From positions 8,893 through 72,892 of the forward strand of contig CAWEQI010000005.1 of NCBI GenBank assembly GCA_963811255.1: a DNA stretch of 64,000 nucleotides. The letters are read 5' to 3'. The notes under the pieces are model-generated. The model worked only from the letters and a program-made list of their open reading frames with translations, did not search any database and had not been told where the DNA came from. How positions within the stretch are numbered: position 1 is the first letter of the stretch; the number at the start of each line of letters is the position of its first letter. Shown here piece after piece: positions 1-9,326 of this stretch. Source of the stretch: an uncultured Alphaproteobacteria bacterium (lineage in GTDB: Bacteria; Pseudomonadota; Alphaproteobacteria; Sphingomonadales; Sphingomonadaceae). Position numbers and translations under genes: made by a program.

Positions 1-1
1 C

Positions 2-403
2 GACGAGACGATCCTGAGCGCCTATTCGGCCGACATCGAGCGGCTCAAGGCGATGGGCGGCTACCAAAGCGCCGATGTGCTGCGGGTGACCCCCGATCAT
101 CCCGAGCGCGAGGCGCTGCGCCAGAAGTTCCTGTCCGAGCACATCCACGACGACGACGAGGTGCGCTTCTTCGTCGAGGGCGCCGGGCTGTTCTACATCC
201 GCAAGGGCGGTACCGTGCACGCGCTCGAATGCACCAAGGGCGACCTGATCCTGCTGCCGGCCGGCACGACGCACTGGTTCGATACCGGCGAACGGCCGAA
301 CTTCGCGGTAATCCGCATCTTCACGACACCCGAAGGCTGGGTCGCGCGCTACACCGGCGACACGATCGCCGAGCATATCCCCTATTACGAAGGCGCCCTG
401 TGA
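2..403 (+). CDS. mtnD: acireductone dioxygenase (ARD, cupin), 5' end cut by window edge
   Basis: Open frame from window edge. Cupin/ARD blocks HIHDDDEVRFFVEGAGLFY and GTTHWF. Followed by mtnC and mtnA. Confidence 0.85.
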   Translation, partial: DETILSAYSADIERLKAMGGYQSADVLRVTPDHPEREALRQKFLSEHIHDDDEVRFFVEGAGLFYIRKGGTVHALECTKGDLILLPAGTTHWFDTGERPNFAVIRIFTTPEGWVARYTGDTIAEHIPYYEGAL

Positions 404-1101
404 ATCCTAACGGCGTGAGGCCGAAGGCGATCGTCGTCGACATCGAGGGAACGACGTCGAGCCTCGCTTTCGTGCACGAGGTCCTGTTTCCTTATTCGCG
501 GGCGCGGCTGGCCGATTATGTCGCCGCGCGTCCGGCGGAAGTCGCACCGATCCTTGACCAGGTTCGCGCGGAGGTGGGGCAGCCGGGGCTCGATACCGCG
601 GGCTGCGTGGCGCAGCTCATCGAATGGCATGAGGCCGACAAGAAGATCGGCCCCCTCAAAGCCTTGCAGGGGATGATCTGGGCCGAGGGCTTTGCCGACG
701 GCACGCTGACCGGCCATGTTTACGCCGACGCGGTGGCCGGGCTGCGCCGCTGGCATGCCGACGGCATCGCGCTGTACATCTATTCTTCGGGCTCGGTCGC
801 GGCGCAGAAGCTGATCTTCGGCAATACCGCCTTCGGCGACCTCACTCCGCTGTTTTCGGGCTATTTCGACACCGCCGTCGGCGCCAAGCGCGAGGCCGAA
901 TCATACGCAGCGATTGCCCGCGCGATCGGCCTCGCGCCGAGCGAGATCCTGTTCCTGTCGGACGTCGAAGCCGAACTCGAAGCGGCGCGCTCGGCCGGAA
1001 TGGCAGCGATGCTGCTGGCCCGCGACGGCTTGTCCGACGTGAGCGCATTTCCCATTGCCGAGAGCTTCGATGTGATCGTTCCCGCGGCGGCCGACGCATG
1101 A
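400..1101 (+). CDS. mtnC: enolase-phosphatase E1 (HAD family)
   Basis: GTG at 400 overlaps the mtnD stop (GTGA). HAD motif VVDIEGTT, plus YIYSSGS and LFLSDV blocks. Methionine-salvage context. Confidence 0.85.
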   Translation: MNPNGVRPKAIVVDIEGTTSSLAFVHEVLFPYSRARLADYVAARPAEVAPILDQVRAEVGQPGLDTAGCVAQLIEWHEADKKIGPLKALQGMIWAEGFADGTLTGHVYADAVAGLRRWHADGIALYIYSSGSVAAQKLIFGNTAFGDLTPLFSGYFDTAVGAKREAESYAAIARAIGLAPSEILFLSDVEAELEAARSAGMAAMLLARDGLSDVSAFPIAESFDVIVPAAADA

Positions 1102-2168
1102 AGATCGAAGGCCGCCAGTCGCGTTCGATCTGGCTCGAGCCGGACGGCTGGAGCGTCGGCATCTTCGACCAGCGCAAACTGCCGTGGACGATCGAGCGAA
1201 TGACCTTGCGCAGCGCCGCCGACGCTCACGAGGCGATCGCCGACATGGCCACGCGCGGCGCGCCGCTGATCGGCGCGGTCGCCGCCTACGGGCTCGCCCT
1301 CGCGCTGCGTGAGGATGCCTCCGACGCCGCACTCGACAAGGGCGTCGAATGGCTCAACTCGGCGCGGCCCACCGCGGTCAACTTGCGCTGGGCGCTCGAG
1401 CGCGTGCGCCGCGAGGTGGCCCCGCTGCCACCCGCAGACCGCGCCGAGGCCGCCTATGCCGTCGCCGCGGCGATCAGCGATGAGGACGCCGAGATGTGCC
1501 GCGCGATCGGCGAGGCCGGGCTGCCGATCCTGCGCAGACTGGCCGAAAGCAAGGGCGGCGCGCCGGTGAACGTGCTGACCCATTGCAATGCCGGCTGGTT
1601 CGCCACGGTCGACTGGGGCACGGCGACCTCGCCGATCTACCACGCGCATGACGCGGGCCTGCCGGTGCACGTCTGGGTCGACGAGACCCGGCCGCGCAAC
1701 CAGGGCATGCTGACCGCCTTCGAACTGGCCGAACACGGCGTCCCGCACAGCTATATCGCCGACAATGCCGGCGGCCTCCTCATGCAGCGCGGCGAAGTCG
1801 ACATGGTCATCGTCGGCACGGACCGCGTCGCCGCCAACGGCGATGTGTGCAACAAGATCGGCACCTACCTGAAGGCGCTCGCCGCGCGAGCCAACGGCGT
1901 GCCGTTCTACGTCGCGCTGCCCTCTAGCACCTTCGACCGGGCGACGCCCGACGGCGCAAGCGTGCCGATCGAGGAGCGCTCGGCCGACGAAGTGCGCACG
2001 GTCAGCGGCCCCGACGATAGCGGCACCGTGCGCCGGGTCGCGGTGACCTCGTCTGCGGCGCGCAATCCGGCGTTCGACCTGACCCCGGCCGAACTGGTGA
2101 CCGGCTACCTCACCGAAGCCGGCCTGCTGACCGGCGCGGACGAACTCCGAGCCGCGTTCGGCGGCTGA
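1098..2168 (+). CDS. mtnA: methylthioribose-1-phosphate isomerase
   Basis: ATGA overlap with mtnC. eIF-2B/MtnA blocks THCNAGWFATVDWGTA and VIVGTDRVAANGDVCNKIGTY. Confidence 0.9.
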   Translation: MKIEGRQSRSIWLEPDGWSVGIFDQRKLPWTIERMTLRSAADAHEAIADMATRGAPLIGAVAAYGLALALREDASDAALDKGVEWLNSARPTAVNLRWALERVRREVAPLPPADRAEAAYAVAAAISDEDAEMCRAIGEAGLPILRRLAESKGGAPVNVLTHCNAGWFATVDWGTATSPIYHAHDAGLPVHVWVDETRPRNQGMLTAFELAEHGVPHSYIADNAGGLLMQRGEVDMVIVGTDRVAANGDVCNKIGTYLKALAARANGVPFYVALPSSTFDRATPDGASVPIEERSADEVRTVSGPDDSGTVRRVAVTSSAARNPAFDLTPAELVTGYLTEAGLLTGADELRAAFGG

Positions 2169-2177
2169 CGTTTCGCG

Positions 2178-3179
2178 CTACCCGCGGATTTCAGACAGCT
2201 TACGCTCCCACTGCAGCGCATGGCCGATGATCGTCTCGAGATCGTCGTAGCGCGGCACCCACGGCAGCGTCGCCTTGATCCGGGCGTTGTCGGACACCAG
2301 CGAGGGCGGATCGCCTGCGCGGCGGCCCTCGAGGCGGCGCTCGACAGTCAGGTTGGTCACCCGATCGACCGCGTCGAGCACCTCGTTCACCGAATAGCCG
2401 TGGCCGTAGCCGCAGTTCATCGTCAGCGAGCGCTGCGGCTCTACCACCAGCGCCTCGAGGGCCAGCACATGCGCCGCCGCAAGGTCGGTGACATGGATAT
2501 AGTCGCGCACCCCCGTGCCGTCGGGGGTGTCGTAATCGGTGCCGAACACGCTCACGTGGTCGCGCTTGCCCAGAGCCGCCTCGACCGCGACCTTGATCAG
2601 GTGCGTCGCCCCTGCGGTCGATTGCCCGCTGCGGCCTTGCGGATCGGCCCCGGCGACGTTGAAATATCTGAGCGCACAATAGTTCAGCGGATGGGCCGCA
2701 GCAGTGTCGGCCAGCATCCGCTCGGTCATCAGCTTCGACCAGCCGTAGGGGTTAATCGGGCTTTGCGGCGTCGTCTCCCTAACCGGCGATTCGTCGGGAA
2801 TCCCGTACGTCGCCGCGGTCGAGCTGAAGATGAAGTGCGGCACACCCGCGGTCACCGCCGCCTCGATCAGCGCGCGGCTGTTGGCGGTGTTGTTGTGATA
2901 GTACTTGAGCGGGTTCTCGACCAATTCCGGCACCACGACCGAGCCGGCGAAATGCATGACCGCTTGCGTGCCCTGCTCGGCAAAAATCCGCGCCAGCAGC
3001 TCGGCATTGGCGATGTCGCCCTCATAGAACGGCACGCCTTCGGGCACCGCGAAGCGAAAACCCGTGACGAGATTGTCGATCACCGCCACCGGCCAGCCGG
3101 CGTCGATCAGCGCCAGCACCGCGTGGCTGCCGATGTACCCGGCGCCGCCGGTGACGAGGACGGGAAGCTTGTGGGTCAT
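2178..3179 (-). CDS. galE: UDP-glucose 4-epimerase
   Basis: Rossmann VLVTGGAGYIGSH, catalytic YGWSK, typical GalE length. Start placed at MTHKLPV (ATG 3179). Confidence 0.9.
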   Translation of the reverse strand: MTHKLPVLVTGGAGYIGSHAVLALIDAGWPVAVIDNLVTGFRFAVPEGVPFYEGDIANAELLARIFAEQGTQAVMHFAGSVVVPELVENPLKYYHNNTANSRALIEAAVTAGVPHFIFSSTAATYGIPDESPVRETTPQSPINPYGWSKLMTERMLADTAAAHPLNYCALRYFNVAGADPQGRSGQSTAGATHLIKVAVEAALGKRDHVSVFGTDYDTPDGTGVRDYIHVTDLAAAHVLALEALVVEPQRSLTMNCGYGHGYSVNEVLDAVDRVTNLTVERRLEGRRAGDPPSLVSDNARIKATLPWVPRYDDLETIIGHALQWERKLSEIRG

Positions 3180-3290
3180 CGCCGCGCCCGTAGCATGCCG
3201 CACGCCAGGCGCGAGCAGTTAATTGCCGGGGAGCGTGCGCTGCCCTATTCCGGCACGGCAACTTCGCGCCGCTTCGGACGTTCCTTCGCC

Positions 3291-3935
3291 ATGGCCCTCA
3301 CCCGCCTGATCCTCGCCCCGCTCGCCGCCGCGCTGCTGCTGGCGGGCTGCACGCACACTTACGTCTCGCCGGTTTCAGTGACGCGGTTCGTTGGCGCCGA
3401 GCCGACGCGGCTCGGCCAGGGGAGGATCGAAGTGCGCCCAGCGCCGGGTGAAGCGATCGATTCGATCGACTATGACGCCTTCGCCAATGCCGTCGCCGCC
3501 CAACTCGAGCGGCTCGGTTATCGCGTGGTGCCCGGCGCGACTTCCAGTAGCGAGGAAATCAGCGGACGCGTGAGTGCGCCACAGGTTGCCGAAATTCGTG
3601 TAATCCGGACCGCCGAGAGGCCCGAGAAACGCCATAGGCCGGTGAGCGTGGGAGTCGGTGGAGAGACCGGCTCCTACGGCTCGGGTGTGGGGCTGGGCGT
3701 CGGGATCGATCTCTCAGGTCCGCCGCCCAAGGTCACCAGCACGCAAATGAGCGTGTTCATCCGCGACACCGCCACACGGCAATCGCTATGGGAAGGCCGC
3801 GCCGAGTTCTCCGCCAGCAACCACACGCCATACGAAAGCGAAAAAGCCGCCGCCCAGGCGATGGCCAGCGCTCTGTTCGCCGGCTTCCCGGGTGAAAGCG
3901 GCCGCACGGTCGAGGTCCCGGTGCCGAAGGGATGA
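3291..3935 (+). CDS. lipoprotein, DUF4136-like (tentative)
   Basis: Signal peptide with lipobox LLAGC. C-terminal block SLWEGRAEF...ALFAGFPG recalls DUF4136 lipoproteins. High GC3 coding frame. Confidence 0.6.
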   Translation: MALTRLILAPLAAALLLAGCTHTYVSPVSVTRFVGAEPTRLGQGRIEVRPAPGEAIDSIDYDAFANAVAAQLERLGYRVVPGATSSSEEISGRVSAPQVAEIRVIRTAERPEKRHRPVSVGVGGETGSYGSGVGLGVGIDLSGPPPKVTSTQMSVFIRDTATRQSLWEGRAEFSASNHTPYESEKAAAQAMASALFAGFPGESGRTVEVPVPKG

Positions 3936-3967
3936 CCGCGGCAGTCGGAGCGGCTATCGGGAGCCGA

Positions 3968-5098
3968 ATGAGCGATATCCAGATCAACGCCGCGTTCGAC
4001 AGCGGCAACATCGAAGTCCTGTCCATCGACGGCGCCAGCGCCCGCCTCGCCATCTGCAAGGACCACCGGTCCGATTTCTATCAATGGTTCCATTTTCGCG
4101 TCGCTGGCGCGGCCGGGCGCGAGCTCGTGCTCAGGATCACCGACCTCAACGCCTCGGCCTATCCGGCCGGCTGGCGGGATTACAACGCCTGTGTCTCGGA
4201 GGATCGGGAGTACTGGGGCCGCGCCCCGTCAAGCTTCGACAAGGACAAGGCCGGCGGCACGCTGACGATCCGCTACACCCCGGCGAGCGACCTCGCCTGG
4301 TTCGCGTATTTCGCCCCCTATTCGATGGAGCGACACCACGACCTGGTGTCCGAAGCCGCGGCCATCGAGGGCGTCGCCTACTGCTGCCTCGGCCTCACGC
4401 TCGACGGACAGCCGCTCGACTGCCTCGAGCTGGGCGACGGCGGCACCCAGGTGTGGCTCTACGCCCGCCAGCATCCCGGCGAGAGCATGGCCGAATGGTG
4501 GATGGAAGGCGCGCTCGAAGTGCTGACCGACCGGGCCGACCCGGTCGCCCGTATTCTCCGCCAGAAGTGCCGTCTGCATCTGGTCCCCAACTGCAACCCC
4601 GACGGCAGCCGCCGCGGTCACCTGCGCACCAACGCGGTCGGCGCCAATCTCAACCGCGAATGGCACGAACCGAGCGCCGAGCGATCGCCCGAAGTGCTGG
4701 CGATCCGCAACGCAATGGATGAGAGCGGGGTCGATTTCGCGATGGACGTCCACGGCGACGAGGCGATCGCCGCCAACTTCCTCGCCGGATTCGAGGGCAT
4801 CCCCTCATGGACCCAGAACCTGCAGGACGACTACGAACGCTTCCGCGCGATCCTCGCCCGCCGCAGCCCCGACTTTCAGATCGAAAAGGGCTACGCCGTC
4901 GCCGCCCCGGGCAAGGCCAACCTGTCGATGAGCACCAATCAGCTCGCCGAACGCTTCGGCGCCTGCTCCATGACCTTGGAAATGCCGTTCAAGGACAACG
5001 CCGACCTGCCCGACCCCGCACAAGGCTGGAGCCCCGAGCGTTGCAAGCTGCTGGCGCGCGATTGCCTGGCGAGCCTGGTGGAGTGGCTGAAGGCGTAA
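3968..5098 (+). CDS. M14-family zinc carboxypeptidase-like protein (cytosolic type)
   Basis: [13 protein letters not shown] (HxxE zinc motif), NPDG and MDVHGDE blocks. GGGAG RBS before ATG 3968. An alternative ATG at 3932 overlaps the upstream stop. Confidence 0.8.
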   Translation: MSDIQINAAFDSGNIEVLSIDGASARLAICKDHRSDFYQWFHFRVAGAAGRELVLRITDLNASAYPAGWRDYNACVSEDREYWGRAPSSFDKDKAGGTLTIRYTPASDLAWFAYFAPYSMERHHDLVSEAAAIEGVAYCCLGLTLDGQPLDCLELGDGGTQVWLYARQHPGESMAEWWMEGALEVLTDRADPVARILRQKCRLHLVPNCNPDGSRRGHLRTNAVGANLNREWHEPSAERSPEVLAIRNAMDESGVDFAMDVHGDEAIAANFLAGFEGIPSWTQNLQDDYERFRAILARRSPDFQIEKGYAVAAPGKANLSMSTNQLAERFGACSMTLEMPFKDNADLPDPAQGWSPERCKLLARDCLASLVEWLKA

Positions 5099-5131
5099 TC
5101 AAACCCGGCGCTGCGGGAGGGGGCGCTCTTC

Positions 5132-5545
5132 TCACTGCTTCGCCCCGGTAGTCGGGATGTCGCCGAAGCTGCCGTGCGAGGTCCCAGTCATCAGGTTACC
5201 GTCGACCGTCACCTCGTAGCTCAGGTCGATGGTCAAGTCGCCCATCACCAGCTCGCGCTTGAACATCAGCTTGTTGCCGTCGACCTTGACGTCGGAGATG
5301 GTGCTCTTAGGCGGATCGCCGCCGCCGGGAGGTCCACGCTGGCCGGCCTCCCTGGGCGCGTCCTTGACGTCGACGGTGTAGGCATCGCCGTTCTGGGCCA
5401 CGGTCCAGATCGACTTGAAGTTGCCGAGGTCGCTCTTGGCCTCGGCCATCCACGTGCCGGCGACCGGCGAATCCGCAGCGGACGCAGCCGTGGCGGCGAA
5501 TATCGCCCCGCCCGCCGCCAGCACGGCGAAATGCAACTTGCGCAT
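5132..5545 (-). CDS. exported hypothetical protein
   Basis: Clear signal peptide (MRKLHFAVLAAGGAIFAATAASA). GTW-type beta-rich sequence. No family recognised. Confidence 0.6.
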   Translation of the reverse strand: MRKLHFAVLAAGGAIFAATAASAADSPVAGTWMAEAKSDLGNFKSIWTVAQNGDAYTVDVKDAPREAGQRGPPGGGDPPKSTISDVKVDGNKLMFKRELVMGDLTIDLSYEVTVDGNLMTGTSHGSFGDIPTTGAKQ

Positions 5546-5644
5546 GAATGTCTCTCCCCAAGGCGGCCAGTTGCCGCGGAACCGTTCTACTCCCGGCTAA
5601 CCAACCCGGCCGTCCGCGGCCCGCGCGGAGCGGCACCAAACAGG

Positions 5645-6082
5645 ATGGAAAGTGTTTTACCGGCGATGGACAGGTTCTTCACCCGCGTCGCGACCCAGAT
5701 TTCCACCGCGGTCGGCCAGCCGCTCGCCTTCCTCCTCGCCGCCGGCGTGGTGGTCGTCTGGGCCGTCACGGGTCCGCTGTTCAACTGGTCGGACACCTGG
5801 CAGCTGGTGATCAACACCGGCACGTCCCTAGCGACCTTCCTGATGGTGTTCCTGATCCAGAACTCACAGAACCGCGACGCCGCGGCGATGCAGGCGAAGC
5901 TCGACGAGTTGCTCCGCGCGCTCGAGCAGGCGCGCTCCCAATTCATCGGCGTCGAGCACCTGACCGACGCCGAGATCGAGAAGATTCGCGGCGCGATCGA
6001 AAAGGAGACCGGCAACGCCGACGAAAACGGCAAGGCGGCGACGGTCGAGGAAAGCGTCGAGCAGCTGCTCAAGCGGCGTTAG
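5645..6082 (+). CDS. low-affinity iron permease family membrane protein
   Basis: Two TM segments and the FLMVFLIQNSQNRD block typical of this family. Charged coiled C-terminus. Start could also be ATG 5666. Confidence 0.7.
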   Translation: MESVLPAMDRFFTRVATQISTAVGQPLAFLLAAGVVVVWAVTGPLFNWSDTWQLVINTGTSLATFLMVFLIQNSQNRDAAAMQAKLDELLRALEQARSQFIGVEHLTDAEIEKIRGAIEKETGNADENGKAATVEESVEQLLKRR

Positions 6083-6112
6083 CCAAGCCGCTCCCTTTTA
6101 AGGGGAGAGCCC

Positions 6113-7381
6113 CTACTCCGCCGCCTCCATCATCTCCAGCGGATCGACCTCTCGCCAGTCGGCCTCGCCCGGGAAGGCGAAGCTGACCGCACGGATCGCG
6201 TGGAAATCAACCTCGTCACCGGTGAACGACAGCTCACCGGTGTCGCGGTGGCGCTTGACCGCGTCGAGCAGCAGCCGGCGGGCGCGGTAGATCACCCGAT
6301 CGCAAGTGCCGAGGTATTCCTTCGAACGGTCGACGATCGGGCCCATGGATTCCTGCACCGCGAAGTCCTCGTAAGCATTGCCGCGGTCCATGATCCCCGA
6401 CCAGTGGCCGTCCTTCATCGCCTGCCGGTCTTGGTGCCACAGGTTCGAGCTGTCGCCCATGTCGGCGTTGAAGTGGTCGGGGTTCTCGCTCCAGGTGCCG
6501 AACGCGCCCATCAGGCTGCCGCCCATCGGCGCCTCGGTGTCGTAGGCGATGTACCACTGCGCGGTGGTGACGTCGTCGATCGGGATAGAGCAGCAGACGA
6601 TCCGCGGGCCCTTCGGCGCCGAGGGGATGAAGCTGAAGAACGGCAGCGAAACTTCGCGCACGCGGGCGTAGCGGCGGTTGCCGGCCTCGTTGCGGATCGC
6701 GCCTTCGCGGAAGCCGTAGGGCCGCTCGTCGAATTCGAACACCGGCGCCCCGTCGGCGAGCATGTAGTCGCTCTCGCTCTTGAAGTAGTCGCGCCCGATG
6801 GCGCTGGCGAGATTGGCCGAGTGCAGGAAGGTGACGTGGGCCGAATCGAGCAGCGCCTCAAGCCCCTGCAGCCAGTTGGTGCGGATGATCCCGCGATAGG
6901 GCTGCACGTGGCCCTCGGGCAGGGTGGTGAACTCGTAATCGGGGAACCGCGGCGGCGTGTCCTTCTCGCCGAGATAAACCCACACCAGCTCGCCCGCCTC
7001 ACGCACTGGGTGGCTGCGCACCGGCACGCTGGCGGCGAACTTCTCGCGCTGACTCATCGGCTCGGTCGGCGCATCGACGCACTTTCCGTCCACGCTGAAC
7101 TTCCAGCCATGGAAGATGCACCTCAACCCGTTGTCCTCGTTGCGGGCGAGCGCCAGGCTGGCGCAGCGGTGCGGACAGGCCTCCTGCATGAAGCCGACCC
7201 GGCCGTCGGTTGCGCGGAAGGCGACGAAGTTCTCACCGAACAGCCGCACCCGCTCGGGCGCGCCGTCGCGCTCGAGCTTCTTCGACCGGCACGCCGGCAC
7301 CCAATATTCCCGCAGCATCGCGCCCATCGCCGTCCCGGGGCCGATGCGGGTCAGCAGTTCGTTGTCGGCCGGATTCATCAT
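6113..7381 (-). CDS. Rieske (2Fe-2S) aromatic ring-hydroxylating oxygenase, alpha subunit-like
   Basis: Rieske motif CPHRCASL...CIFHGWKF. Mononuclear iron block LDSAHVTFLHS. 422 aa. Confidence 0.85.
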   Translation of the reverse strand: MMNPADNELLTRIGPGTAMGAMLREYWVPACRSKKLERDGAPERVRLFGENFVAFRATDGRVGFMQEACPHRCASLALARNEDNGLRCIFHGWKFSVDGKCVDAPTEPMSQREKFAASVPVRSHPVREAGELVWVYLGEKDTPPRFPDYEFTTLPEGHVQPYRGIIRTNWLQGLEALLDSAHVTFLHSANLASAIGRDYFKSESDYMLADGAPVFEFDERPYGFREGAIRNEAGNRRYARVREVSLPFFSFIPSAPKGPRIVCCSIPIDDVTTAQWYIAYDTEAPMGGSLMGAFGTWSENPDHFNADMGDSSNLWHQDRQAMKDGHWSGIMDRGNAYEDFAVQESMGPIVDRSKEYLGTCDRVIYRARRLLLDAVKRHRDTGELSFTGDEVDFHAIRAVSFAFPGEADWREVDPLEMMEAAE

Positions 7382-7462
7382 CGCGGTTCCTCTTCCACTT
7401 TGCCCAGGCGTTCGCCGTTTTTCAGGTCGCAGGCTATCACGCCTATCGCGTGGAGAGAAAGC

Positions 7463-7807
7463 CTACTCGGCCCCCTCGCCACGAAATCGCCGCACAAGCG
7501 AGATGCACGCCAGCCCGATCAGCACGGCGAAGATATCGGCGATCCAGTCGCGCCAATCGCTGTCCCGGTGGATCGACGGGACCCTCTGGACAATCTCGAT
7601 CAACCCGCCGAACGCGACCAGCGCCGCCGCCAGTTTGAGCCGCGGGACGCGCGGATAGGCGGCGCAGCCGAGCACGGTGATGACGAAGAACGCCGCCATG
7701 TGCTGCAGCTTGTCCCACACCCGGACCGCCGGCGGGTGGGGCAGAACGGCCATCGTGAAGGCGAACAGCGAGGCGGCCCAGAAGGCAAATCTGATGAGGC
7801 GTGTCAC
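7463..7807 (-). CDS. VanZ-like membrane protein
   Basis: 114 aa, four hydrophobic segments. DKLQH...GGLIEIVQ...R block typical of VanZ family. Confidence 0.6.
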   Translation of the reverse strand: MTRLIRFAFWAASLFAFTMAVLPHPPAVRVWDKLQHMAAFFVITVLGCAAYPRVPRLKLAAALVAFGGLIEIVQRVPSIHRDSDWRDWIADIFAVLIGLACISLVRRFRGEGAE

Positions 7808-7878
7808 GCGGGCCCCATTTCATTGCCGGGGCTGTGAAGCAACGGGAATCGGTGGGTCCAGCGATGAAGCGCGCTCGA

Positions 7879-8577
7879 TCACGGCTGCAGCACCACCCAG
7901 CGCATCGGTCTGTCGCTCGCCTCGCTGCGATAGCGGCTGTTGGCCGTCCACAGCGTCCACGGCCGCCCGCCATAATCCGGCTGGAACCAATCGCGCGTCA
8001 ACCACAGGTTTCGATCGAGCTTGTTGGCGATGCCGTAGCGCCGTTCGAACGCCTTCGAGATCTTGAGCACCGCCGGCTTGCCAACATGGCCCTCGATTTC
8101 GTTGAGGAAGGTGGTCAGCTCGCTTTCGATGCCTCCCTCGCTCATCCGGTTGGGGCAGGCGTCGGCGAGCTTGTCGAGTTCGATCGCCGGCGGCAGCATC
8201 GCCGGATCACGCGGCACGACGGTGACGAAGTTGGCCGCCTGCTTGTCGGCCGGCACGCACGGGTCGTAAAGGTGCACCGCGCCGAATGGTAGGCCCGCGG
8301 CGCGCGCCGCCGCCATGTTGCGCGAGAACGTCGAATCGCGCCCGTTCGCCCCGTCGCTGGCGTCGAGATAGGCGAAGCGCGCGCCGATCGCCTTGAGCGC
8401 GCGGAAATCGACCGCGCCGTCGGCCGCGTCGACCTCGACTCCCTGTACGGGGTAATGCTGCGGGTCAGGCCGCCAGTGCTCGAACCGCCACCAGCCCCAG
8501 ACGCCCGCCAGCAGCGCGATCAGGAGCACCGCGCCAGCGATCCGCCAGCGCCAGCCGATTGCCCGTTTCCTGCCCAT
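7879..8577 (-). CDS. glycoside hydrolase family 25 (lysozyme-like), membrane anchored
   Basis: N-terminal TM anchor. GH25-like blocks GVEVDAADGAVDF, FAYLDASDG and PFGAVHLY. Confidence 0.75.
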   Translation of the reverse strand: MGRKRAIGWRWRIAGAVLLIALLAGVWGWWRFEHWRPDPQHYPVQGVEVDAADGAVDFRALKAIGARFAYLDASDGANGRDSTFSRNMAAARAAGLPFGAVHLYDPCVPADKQAANFVTVVPRDPAMLPPAIELDKLADACPNRMSEGGIESELTTFLNEIEGHVGKPAVLKISKAFERRYGIANKLDRNLWLTRDWFQPDYGGRPWTLWTANSRYRSEASDRPMRWVVLQP

Positions 8578-8604
8578 CGATACCTTGCTTCGATCCCGCG
8601 CCCG

Positions 8605-9090
8605 TCAGCTCTTGATATGCAGCACGCAGATCAGCGTGAAAAGCCGCCGGGCGGTGGCAAAGTCCAACTCGACCTTGCCCTCGAGCGCTTCGGTCAGCTG
8701 GCGCGCGCCGCGGTCGTGAATCGCCCGCCGAGCCATGTCGACCGTCTCTAGCTCGCGCGCCGAGGACTGGTGCAGATTTTTGTAGTAGGAATCGCAGATC
8801 GCGAAGTACTCGCGCACCTCGCGCCGGAAGCGGGCGAGGCCGAGGGTGACCGCGCCGGCCTGGTTGCCCTCGGCGTCGCGCAGGTCGATCCGCAGCCGCC
8901 CGTCGGGTACTGCCAAATGCAGCGACCACGGCCCGCGATGCCCCTGCGCCGCCGCCCGCAGCGGCACGAACCGGCTGTCGGCGATCAGGTCGCGCAGCGC
9001 CGCCTCGCGCTCGCGGTCGACGTCCTCCCCTCGGCGCAGCACGGTCGCCTCGTCGAGCGAAATTGCGGCGATGCGGTCGGCGTCGGCCAT
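8605..9090 (-). CDS. UPF0262 family protein
   Basis: Blocks AALRDLIADSRF, REYFAICDSYY and VDMARRAIHD match the alphaproteobacterial UPF0262 family. Start taken at MADADR. Confidence 0.75.
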   Translation of the reverse strand: MADADRIAAISLDEATVLRRGEDVDREREAALRDLIADSRFVPLRAAAQGHRGPWSLHLAVPDGRLRIDLRDAEGNQAGAVTLGLARFRREVREYFAICDSYYKNLHQSSARELETVDMARRAIHDRGARQLTEALEGKVELDFATARRLFTLICVLHIKS

Positions 9091-9133
9091 GCGCCGCCTA
9101 TTGCAGCGCAGCATGGGCGCGGCAAGGCGAGTT

Positions 9134-9260
9134 TCCTCCCCGGCACGGGGAGGTGGCAGACGCCGAAGGCGTCTGACGGAGGGGATTCGCCGCCGCCGTC
9201 ACGTCTGTGGCGAGTCCCCTCCACCGCACTGCGTGCGGTCCCCCTCCCCGTGCCGGGGAG
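9134..9260. repeat. 127-bp nested-palindrome intergenic element, copy 1
   Basis: Terminal hairpins CCTCCCCGGCACGGGGAGG (9134-9152) and CCTCCCCGTGCCGGGGAGG (9242-9260). Internal hairpins CAGACGCC/GGCGTCTG and CCGCAC/GTGCGG. Its reverse complement aligns closely with 30033-30161. Confidence 0.75.
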
Positions 9261-9326
9261 GCTTGTGCCCGCTATCCACAAGCAAGTCCTGTTGCCCCCG
9301 GACTCCGACAGGCGCATCACGCGCCG

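Noticed and set aside
6091-6107. Short hairpin CTCCC-TTTTAAG-GGGAG between the convergent genes at 6082 and 6113, considered as a bidirectional terminator.
   Set aside because: The stem is only 5 bp and has no flanking T tract, which is too weak to call.
9207-9326. N-terminal extension of the dnaB ORF (MASPLHRTACGPPPRAGE...). A similar extension of the GST ORF lies at 56525-56701.
   Set aside because: Both extensions are encoded entirely by the palindromic repeat elements and have no helicase or GST homology. Conventional starts exist downstream.
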